From: Somniosus microcephalus
Taxonomy: Eukaryota
NCBI GenBank assembly: GCA_052327205.1
Contig: CM126207.1
Coordinates: 102,238,001 to 102,302,000, forward strand
Reading direction: 5' to 3'
Length of the DNA: 64,000 bases
How positions within the stretch are numbered: position 1 is the first letter of the stretch; each line of letters opens with the position of its first letter. The position numbers and the translations under genes are program-made. Of the stretch, positions 11,386-21,176 are shown in pieces. The notes below the pieces were generated by a model that worked only from the letters and a program-made list of their open reading frames with translations, was not told the origin of the DNA and did not search any database.

Positions 11386-12982
11386 AGGGATATCAACATC
11401 ATGAAAAGTATCTATGAATTAGGATGGGAAAACATCAGGAGAAAATTAATATAAAATAAATTAGTAATTTTGGAAGCATTCAATGAAAATGTTTTCTTTG
11501 CTCTCGAAAGATTTAATGTGGTGCAACCACAAGATTAATTTTTGAAACTGTTTAAAAAAAAACAACAGAGACATTTAAACACCTTTTCTAAATAGCATCC
11601 AATTTGTACCTGGGGTTGTTCAGTTAGAAGATGAAGGTTGAAGAACTATTCAATAAGGTAAAATGATCCCCGAACGATTTCTTCAGGACTGCTCAGACAA
11701 ACAATTTCTTTGTCCGTTGTTTCTGATGTAGTATTTTTAGTCTCCGTTTTTTTTTTACACCACATCTCCAGCCAGTGACCTCTACTTGCAAGTGGTTGCT
11801 ATTCACAAAGGGGAATGGACTAACAGGAAGCTTTCAGGCTAACCACATTAAAAAAAAAGAGGCATAAACGGACGAAATTCGGGCTTTTAACATCAGAAGG
11901 ACAAATAACATTCCAGGATCCTTTATGCTTGTAGAATAGGGCCTCACGCTGCTTGTATTTGGTGAACAAATGCATTATCCATCAAACTTTGAGGGAACGC
12001 CAAGCTACATGACTAAGGACACTTTATTAAATCCAGAAAGAAATCTGTCCTTTATTTAAAAACAATCTTTTGACATCAGGGCAAAGTTTATCTTCCATTT
12101 TGGAAGCAAATTGCGCAAGTGGATAAATTGCAGATTTGTGAAAACCCACAACCAGGAAATGATGAAACACAATGGCAACAGTGCTCAAGCCTGCCAGAGT
12201 GGTGGGGGAAGGTGCAAACAGAAAACTTGAACTGTTGCAAGTAGAACCCCGTAATAAGGAAAGGTTATTTAGAGCACCAACAGTACGTCAGATTTAATTG
12301 GGATGATCTCAGATGAACAGACTGGTGCTTGTGCTTGCCAGGATAGTTCAACGCAACAGCTAAAACAGCCAAAAAGCATTGGTGAAAGTTCCATTACGCA
12401 GCTGCATCTTAAACCTTGGAGGTCACTTTTACTGTAATGATCTTGCCTGGTGTAATTGTTTTCTTGATCAATATCAGCATTCTAAATGTCAATTTCTGCC
12501 CTGCTTTCACATTATCTGTCCATGTGACATCTCTAATTATAGCAGTACAACAGACAGCACCAGTGGTTGGACTTGACAGTAACATGTATGGAATGCATTT
12601 ATGATATTCAACTATTGACCAATTTCTTCCAATTGGATTTCATCCCCAATGTTTGCCTCTCACACCATGGACTCCAGCCTAGAAATTGCAGACATCTCCA
12701 TGGTCTTTGCAACTCCCTGCCCACGCTGTAGAGGGTCACTCGAGTGTGCCGCTGGTTGAAGCCTACTGATTTATTTCCCTCCTTTTGCTTGACTGGAAAA
12801 AAATTGGCAGCTCAACTGGCTGGTAGAAGTAAGAAAGGAACAGTTTGTTCAGGTGGGCATCAACAGTGGCTTCTCATCTGGGAGTGTGCCAGTACTTATC
12901 AAGTATGTAACCTTTCAAACATTAGTTGATCCTTTCAGAGCCACAGGAGATAAAACAATCACTGCACAGCTTCTCAAACAAT

Positions 12983-13678
12983 AGCCCGAAATTTGCGGTT
13001 GTAATGATGGCAAAACTGTCAGCGCCCACTGTCATTACTGTGTAAAATGGACGGCAACTTCTGGTATTCGCACAAGCGCAGTTAAACACAGAAATCTGGA
13101 AATTGTTGCCAGTGATACCCTGCTCCTCACAGGGTGTGCTGTTGCAGTCTTCACAGATGGCATCAATTAGAAATCACTGATTTGATGTGAACTTCAAATT
13201 TTTTCACAATATTCTCACTGTAAAAAAATTGAAAAAGGTTAAATCTTGTTGAATGAGTTGTAACTGAGTTTTTAACAGCGTAATAAGTCATAATTACTGC
13301 TGAACAACCTCTCTGGCCCAAACTTTTTTTAATATATATGTGTGGAGTGCCATTCCATGATAAAAAATTCCATAGATTTTTTTTTAAAGTTTGTTTATGA
13401 TATTTTTAACATGTCCCAATCTTTATTTCGCTAAAAGTGAATGATAAAACCTGCTTTTTACTTCCTGGTTTGCTCTCTGAGAATTCTTCAACATGATTGG
13501 CTGCTTGATGACATCACCGTTGCTGGATGCCACAGATCCCTATAGATGGCACCAGATGGAAAGTCACATCAGAAAAGGGTAAATAGACGCCTCAGAGCCC
13601 ACTAAAACTTTGTGGGCAGCTTTCTGCGAGGTCAGCGGCAAGCGCCATCACTTCGCCACTGACTGCAAAATCTGGGCC
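12983..13678. mobile_element. PIF/Harbinger-type MITE
   Basis: Imperfect TIRs AGCCCGAAATTTGCGGT / ACTGCAAAATCTGGGCC; flanks AAT/ATT; AT-rich core. Confidence 0.65.
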
Positions 13679-13834
13679 ATTGAAATACCTTTTCTTGTAT
13701 ACCAAACAACTTGCACTTATACAGTGCCTTTAATGTAGAAAAATGCCCCAAGGTGCTTAACATCTATAATGAAGATCACATATAGATAACACAATTTATA
13801 ATCATGCTCTCCTGTATAATCTCAGGATGATACC

Positions 13835-14198
13835 ACCTCAGTGCAGTACTGAGGGAGTGCTACACTGTTGTTGGTGCTGTCTTTTGGATGCGACATTAAA
13901 CCAAGACCCCCATCTTCCCTCTCAGGTGGTTATAAAAGATCCCATGGCACTATTTGAAGAAAAGCAGGGGAGTTCCCCTGCTGTCCTGGTCAACATTTAT
14001 CTCAACCAACGTAGTAAAAAATGACCTGGTAATTATCTCATTACTGTTTGTGGAACTTTGTTGTGTACAAATTGTCTGCCGCATTTCCCTACATTGTAAC
14101 AGTGACTATACTTCAAAAGTACTTCATGGGCTGTTAAGCGCTTTGGACGTCCTGAGGCCGTGAAAGATACTATATAAATGCAAGTACTTTCTTTACTT
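13835..14198 (+). mobile_element. Deu-domain SINE (SacSINE1/AmnSINE1-like)
   Basis: AAAAGATCCCATGGCACTATTT core and L2-like tail TATATAAATGCAAG; same family as the copies at 44600 and 47010. Confidence 0.75.
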
Positions 14199-14689
14199 TA
14201 CTGGACAGTTTTGGAATGTCAATGCTGGTAGGTTTCTTGATCAAAACCAATTTAATGTTACTGTGTGCAGAGAGTATCCGCACAGCTATTTATTGCTGTA
14301 ACGTCCTGGAGTTTAACAGGAGTGGGATGTGTTTTGGTTCTTCACCATTCTGAACAGCAGCAGCTCAAAATGTCAAAAACATCCTCATTTTTTCTTAGCA
14401 ACCCTTCTGGAACATTCTCATTTTGTTTTAAAATCCCAATCTGTCATCTGTTTTTAAGCAAAACACATTCATCATCAGTGCCTAGAACCAGACACCCACA
14501 CACTAACCAGTGAGATACAATTTTGATGTAATGTGCTCGGATGGCTCGATAACTCCGTCCCGACTTTCATCAATCATGAGTTGTGATGTTTCCGGATCCA
14601 TCAGCATGTGGGATCTTCTGTTTTTGAAATGCAAAGAACTACATGAAAGCTGTAAATAACTTTTAAGTGATAATTTATTTCTGTTGCTG

Positions 14690-15045
14690 CCCAGCCGTTC
14701 CCTCCATGCATCCTTATTTTGTATGTAATCCTCCCCGGTGATATCACATCAGCTGAATGCACTGACTGACTCGCTGGGGTTCATTTCTATAGGTGGGGGC
14801 CACCTTCCAGTGTCCCCATTATTCATACAGGAGCTTGGACAAGCAAGTGTCAGCAAGCAACCTGATCACAGGGAGGAATATACCTGAATCTGATCCCCTG
14901 TCCTCACCAACCACTTGTATACCTACACGCACACTCACACATGCACACACACTTCCAGCAGGGCTGCTATAGGAATCAGAGCCCGGCAGATTTTCCATTC
15001 CCTAACCTTAATAGGCTAATTGTAATTGTACTCCCACTGCCCTTC
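14690..15045 (-). mobile_element. Ancient SINE (AmnSINE2/MER131-like), degenerate
   Basis: Mutually similar to 16720-16990 and 18470-18860; family name from recall. Confidence 0.45.
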
Positions 15046-15109
15046 TTGAGATCAACTAAGATCAATAGATGCATCATGATATATCTTTTGCACATATTTT
15101 AAAGAAATT

Positions 15110-16643
15110 GGCCCAGAAATTAGGTTCGGTGGCTTGCCGCACGTGCAAGCCCCCGATGTGCACTCACCCGGCATGCCGACATCTGAAGCCTGGGCCTGCT
15201 TGGAATTCCTGTCACTGGCCCGGTTCAGATGTCGGCGCACTGTGCTTACCTGATCCAGCGGCGTAGTTAGTTCGGTGTGCCGGATGGGATCAGGTGAGCA
15301 CTGTGCAGCCAATCAGGGGAGGGGAAACTTCATTCATGAGTTTGCTAGTAAGAACTGTCAAACTCATGAAAAGTACGGACGCCCAAAAGACTAGTTTAAA
15401 TTTTAAATAAAATTAAAAAAAAATCCCAATAATTAAATAAACTATAAATAACTTTAAAAAACTATTTTAAACAATTAATCAAATTTTTGAAAAAAATAAT
15501 TAAAAAAAAAAATCGGGTCTAAAACTACACTTACCTTACTGTAAAGTCCTTAAAAACAATGGCCCAGTAATTCTGGGCCCAACGCGTGAGTACGGACGGG
15601 GTACTCACGCGTGGGCCTGATGGAAGTGCCGGTTTTCAGCATGCACAGCGCATGCGCGGAAAACCGGTATTTCCTGTCCTCTGAACCAAGGGGTTCAGAG
15701 GACAAACGCGTGCGTGCAGGAGTCTGCGCGTGCGCGCTGAAATTCCTTTTTTTCCACAGGTTTGCGCGTGTGTAAGGGCCTCTCCTTTTTACGAATGTAA
15801 AAAGGAGACGTAAGGGCTTCATTCTTTAAGGTAAGTGGTCTATTACTTAAAATTATAACATCTTTTCCACAGCTTTATTGTTTTTAAGGACTTTACAGTA
15901 AGGTAAGTGTAGTTTTAGACACGATTTTTAAATAAATTATTTTTTTCAAAAATTTGATTAATTATTTAAAATAGTTTTTTAAAGTTATTTATAGTTTATT
16001 TAATTATTGGGATTTTTAATTTTTTTTATTTAAAGTTAAACTAGTCTTTTGGGCGCCTGTACTTTCCATGAGTTTGACAGTTCTTACTAGCAAACTCATG
16101 AATGAAGTTTCCCCTCCCCTGATTGGCTGCACAGTGCTCACCTGATCCCAGCCGGCACATCGAACTAACTACGCCGCTGGATCAGGTAAGCACATCGCGC
16201 CGACATCTGAACCGGGCCAGTGACAGGAATTTCAAGCAGGCCCAGGCTTCAGATGTCGGCGCACCGGGTGAGTGCACATCGGGGGCTTGCACACGCGGCA
16301 AGCCCCGAACCTAATTTCTGGGCCAATAAAGCTGTGGAAAAAATGTTATAATTTTAAGTAATAGACCACTTACCTTAACGAATGAAGTCCTTACGTCTCC
16401 TTTTTACATTCGTAAAAAGGAGAGGCCCTTACACACGCGCAAACCTGTGGAAAAAAAGGAATTTCAGCGTGCACGCGCAGACTCCTGCATGCACGCATTC
16501 GTACTCTGAACCCCTTGGTTCAGAGGACAGGAAATGCCGGTTTTCCGCGCATGCGCTGTGCATGCTGAAAACCGGCACTTCCATCGGGCCCACGCGTGAG
16601 TACCCCATCTGTACTCACGCGTTGGGCCCGGAATTACTGGGCC
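15110..16643 (-). mobile_element. Harbinger-type MITE (family M), outer copy, interrupted by a same-family copy
   Basis: TIR GGCCCAGAAATT; halves 15110-15560 and 16325-16643 rejoin across an AAT duplication. Confidence 0.88.
15561..16324 (+). mobile_element. Harbinger-type MITE (family M), inner copy in the opposite orientation
   Basis: GGCCCAGTAATT...AATTTCTGGGCC with 3-bp TSD AAT. Confidence 0.9.
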
Positions 16644-16719
16644 CGTGTCTCACCATCACTACTGAACTTTTGAGGTCGTTAATTTCATTATTAAATCTTT
16701 ATTTTATATTGTCCATTTA

Positions 16720-16990
16720 AATGCTCTTCCCTCCTCTCCTGAAGCCATTGATTGCTATTGTAGTGCGAGTCCATGGGCGGCGACTGCCTTCCAGTACCAC
16801 ACTGTCAGAGCCATCCTCGTACATTAGCACGATAGTGACCGTCAACAGACCGTGTGACCAGGGAGGACATTGCAGTTGAGCCCAATCCCCTGACCTCACC
16901 AACACACTTTCCAGCACCAGTCACCAGACAGCAATGAACACTGGCTGATTTCCGCCACCCCCCCGCCCCCCTTCCCTTCCACAGGGCCAT
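16720..16990 (-). mobile_element. Ancient SINE (AmnSINE2/MER131-like) fragment
   Basis: CCTCCTCTCCTGAAG...ACTTTCCAGCA...GGCTGATTT pattern. Confidence 0.5.
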
Positions 16991-17014
16991 TACAACTATA
17001 TGTAGTGCCCCTAC

Positions 17015-17232
17015 ATAATATCAAAATTAGAGCTAGGAATGAATTCAAGAAGCACTTTTTCACACAAAGAATAGTGGAATTCAAGAACTCTCTCCCAAAA
17101 GGCTGTGGATTCTGGGACAATTGAAATTTCAAGACTGAGATCGATAGATCTTTGTTAGGTAAAGGTATCAAGGGATATGGAGCAAAGGTGGATAAATGGA
17201 GTTGAGGTACAGATCAGCCATGATCTAATTGA
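17015..17232 (+). mobile_element. CR1 3' fragment
   Basis: Similar to 11120-11340. Confidence 0.8.
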
Positions 17233-17565
17233 ACACAGACTCAGAAATGAACTTGTAGCCCTTCTTTTTGTAAAATAAATTGTCTTTCCCTGAATTTTTC
17301 AGTTTAAACACAAAGTGCTGTTGACAATGGGCTGGGAGGAAATTCTGAGCCAGACAGTACAAAGTGATTCATAACAGCAATGATTGAGTTACAGTATTAA
17401 TCATTTCAAGTATCATGAGGAACTCAGCTCCCATGCATTGTCAGGTTCTGGAATTCTCAATGCTACATCTCTTTAATGTCTTCAGCACTCATTATTTAAC
17501 TCAATTATTAAGTAGTGTATTAAAATAAAGAGCAAAATATGACAGGAAAATTTAAATAAATCATA

Positions 17566-17755
17566 GTGGTAAGCCTTCTTCTTGAACCGCGACAGTCCAT
17601 ATGGTGAAGGTTCTCCTAACAGCATTGTGGGAGTACCTTCACCTCACGTACTGCAGCAGTTCAAGAAGGCGGCCTACCACCACCTTCTCAAGGGCAACTA
17701 GGGATGGGCAATAAATGCTGGCCTTGCTAGCGGCGCCCACATCCCAAAAATTAAA
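17566..17755 (+). mobile_element. 3' stub of the 28.5-31.4 kb LINE family, with a fold-back at its 5' junction
   Basis: Matches 31240-31380; the first ~55 bp is an inverted copy of the next segment. Confidence 0.8.
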
Positions 17756-18029
17756 GAAAGATGGTTTAACCCTTATAGCACAGTGGATACATTTATTCAT
17801 TTGGGCCTGGTCAGGCTGTGGGGTTGCTGACAAGTTTAACCATCTGTTGGCGGCCATTTCATGCGAATGATGTCACCATGGCAATCTTCAGTCTTTGGCT
17901 TTCAACAGACTGTAAAAAAAAACATTTGAGCTGGCGTTGAGATAAATGAAACCCCTTTATCTTTGGAATTTGCCCTTCCAAAATGGTCTGTGGGAACTCG
18001 GAGGCAGAAGAAAACAGTCATGGATAGAA

Positions 18030-18145
18030 TAGCAAAATACTGCGGATGCTGGAAATCTGAAATAACAACAGAAAATGCTGAAAATACTCAGCAGGCCAGG
18101 CAGCATCCGTGGAGAGAGAAACAGAGTTAACATTTGAAGTCATGG
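18030..18145. mobile_element. Penelope-like terminal repeat fragment (also at 59725-59850)
   Basis: AAATACTGCGGATGCTGGAAATCTGAAAT...CAGCAGG.CAGGCAGCATC.GTGGAGAGAG; two copies in the window; class from recall. Confidence 0.55.
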
Positions 18146-18469
18146 ATAGAGTTTTAATGTTAGTTTTTAGAAGGTTAGCATGATAAATGAGGTGAAAAAA
18201 ACCCAGGAAAGATAAAAAATGGGGGGGGGGGTGTGGGGCTGGTGAAGAAACAAGGTGAGTACATCTGTTTAAAAAAATGTACAACATACAAATCTAATTT
18301 TGTCCTGTGAGCTTAATACTATAATAATGTTATTTTTGACATTTGTTGCTGTAATATTAGTTTATTTCAGCATTATAAACTGAAAATTTACAATAAAACT
18401 AGCCAGAGAGAATGTCACTTTCTTGTTGGCAGTTTAAGGGTGAATTTAATAAATACATTTTATGCTTTT

Positions 18470-18860
18470 TCTTTGCCAGTTTTCCTTATTTTTCACTGAA
18501 GGTTGCAATTCTTACTGGGGTACTGGTCAACAGGCAGCAACAGCCCTCACCCAAATGGCTATCCTTTATGTCTGAGCCCAGACAGTGAGTGGCATCGGGC
18601 TATTTAACCACAGGGGGCAGTACAGCTCAACACCATCCTGGCCTCACTGTTGTCCACACTAGAATAATTCCCAGAGTCAATGGATGGCAGGAAGAGTGGA
18701 GATTTGCCTCATTTCCCCATTCCAGCCCAGAGGTACTTAGGCCAATTATAGCCCTGCTACCGCTGTCCTGATTGGGATCAGCTAACTCGGCATAGACCAA
18801 GGGCTGAACTGAGGATCTCCTGGGTTTATCTCCAGGTTCCCTTTGAGCCATCAGGAGAGC
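18470..18860 (-). mobile_element. Ancient SINE (AmnSINE2/MER131-like)
   Basis: Similar to the 14690 and 16720 copies; tRNA-like head at the right end. Confidence 0.5.
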
Positions 18861-19493
18861 TGGTCCTTTCTTTGAAATCTCCCTGTACTATGTACCACTC
18901 CCATAGTTAGTCAACCACATCATGAGCTAACAATCTCAGTCATATTCTCAGGGAGAGAAGCTAGTAAGGAAGGCAGGCATTGCACCCCACCCCCCCACCA
19001 TCCCCCACAACACAGGCAGGATCAGTAGAGGGCGCATTAACACAGTCTTCACAGGCTTCTTCTCATGTCAGTTTAAGAGAGCCACAGGTATGGACCTAGG
19101 GGCAACAAACTTAGAACTACTTGCACACGTATAGCACCCTGCAGGTAGAACATCTCAGAACGCTTTACAAGAGGTGGAATGGGGAGCCCACCAAGGAGGA
19201 AATGAGAAAAATTAAAGGGAGGGGAGCTCAAAAGGTTGAAAGAAGAGATAGGCTTTTGAATGAAGCAAGAAAAGTAGCAAGGTGAAGTGATCCACAGAGC
19301 AGGAGAAGCAGCCTCTGATGATGGAGTGGAGGGAGGCGAATGAGTCAGAGGATATACCTGGAGAAGAACACTGAAGTGAGAAGGAACAAGACCATGGAAG
19401 AAGTTGCAATGATGAGGAACTTGAAGGTGATGTTTTGGGGGAGAGGGAGGAAATGGGACTTGGCAAGGTGGATGAATGAGTGGAATTTTGTAA

Positions 19494-20022
19494 TAAGAAC
19501 ATAAGAAATAGGAGCAGGAGTAGGCCATTTGGCCCCTCGCACCTGCTCCGCCATTCAATAAGATCATGGCTGATCTACCTCAACTCCACTTTCCTGCACT
19601 ATCCCCATATCCCTCGATTCCCTTAATATCCAAATATATATCGATCTCTGTCTTGAATATACTCAACGACTGAGCCTCCACAGCCCTCTGGAGTAGAGAA
19701 TTCCAAATATTCACCACCCTCTGAGTGAAAAAAATTTCTGCTCATCTCAGTCCTAAATGGCTGACCCCTTATTGAGACTGTGATCCCTGGTTCTAGACTC
19801 CCCAGCCAGGGGAAACATCCTCCCTGCATCTACCCTGTCAAACCCTGTAAGAATTTTGTATGTTTCAATGAGGTTACATCTCACTAGAATCATAGAATGG
19901 CCTTCTTCCGTGCTGTAACCATTCGGCCCTTCGAGCCCGTGCCAGCTTTCTGCAAGACCACTTCAGCTAGCCCCACTCCCCCGCCCTTTCCCCTAGCCCT
20001 GCAAATTTCTTTCCTTCAGGTA
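19494..20022 (-). mobile_element. Two adjacent CR1 3' fragments (19494-19880 and 19885-20022)
   Basis: TAAGAACATAAGAAATAGGAGCAGG and TAGAATCATAGAA tails. Confidence 0.85.
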
Positions 20023-21176
20023 CTGCAGACTTAAGGAACCTATACTATATTAAAAAAAAGCAAAATGGGAGAGGGTAAAGGAAATTGGAATGCATATTTG
20101 TAAATAATTGTGATGAACTGTCAGCATGTAAAATATGAATGTATCACGCAATGCTTAAAAAGTATTTTACATGTAAGGAAAAAAACTTAAACTTGCATAT
20201 AACTTCCAACACCATACTTGTTCTAAGCATAATATGTTTACTGAAGGAGGGAATGGAATTTTAATAGCTGATGTACTACAGTATATGATCTACAAAATAA
20301 CAAAACTTTAATTTTAATAATTAAAATAGGCCTCCTGTAAAACAGCACATTATTTCCATTAAAATTATTTGTCCAGATCCTACTATTACCACAATTCAGC
20401 AAAGCATAACAATTTTAGGTGGTAAAATCAAAATATATAGAAACAGGAAAAAATGTGTTTTTTTCTCTTCGGATACAGACTGCATATACCATCAATTCAT
20501 ATATTGCCTGTATAGATACGCTTTCCAGTCATAATTTTAAACATTGCCATTGCACTTCTGCAAGCAGAGATTTCATTAGAAACTTGGCAGCTGTGGACAT
20601 TCCCTGCCTCTTTTCACATACTGTAGGCTGCCAGTTAAAATATGGCACATTTGTGTGAAAATACAACCTCTGCAGGGCTTCAGCGTCATCTTTCCTGTTA
20701 CTTTTTCCTCCTCAAATCGCATCCCAATTTAAAACTTAAAGCAGATCCTGGAGGCAAAACTCACACTATTTAAATTTAGACAGCCAGTGGCCAATATCAA
20801 GCAGCGCAAAACTCATCAGTCTGCATCTTAAAAACTGTTTTCTGCTGTTTAATGTTGTTCCCGAATGGACCCATTCAATGACATCACGAGTTAAGCAAAG
20901 AAAGTGAAGGGTAACAAGTGGGGCATAGATTCCAGGTTCAGAATGAAAGGGGTGGTTAAAAGAAATGGCTTCACACCAAGGACTCTCAGAATTTCAAATG
21001 TCTTTACCACAAGCGGCTAATAAAGCAGTCTTTAAAGGAAATAACATTTTAAAAAAAGAATCGGGAGAGATGTAAAACGGGCTGCTGATTCGCAATCACC
21101 TGTTTTACACTATCGTACAAAGTCAAGATCTACTCCAATTATTCTTTCATTTCTTGTTAAAAAAGAGTTTTATGTG

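Noticed and set aside
14503-14649. 48-codon minus-strand frame after an acceptor (LSCSSLHF...LYLTG*) as the last exon of a gene
   Set aside because: No recognisable homology or linked coding exons; the length is compatible with chance.
15052-16720. Duplicated 60-110 aa ORFs on opposite strands
   Set aside because: They simply reflect the two antiparallel MITE copies.
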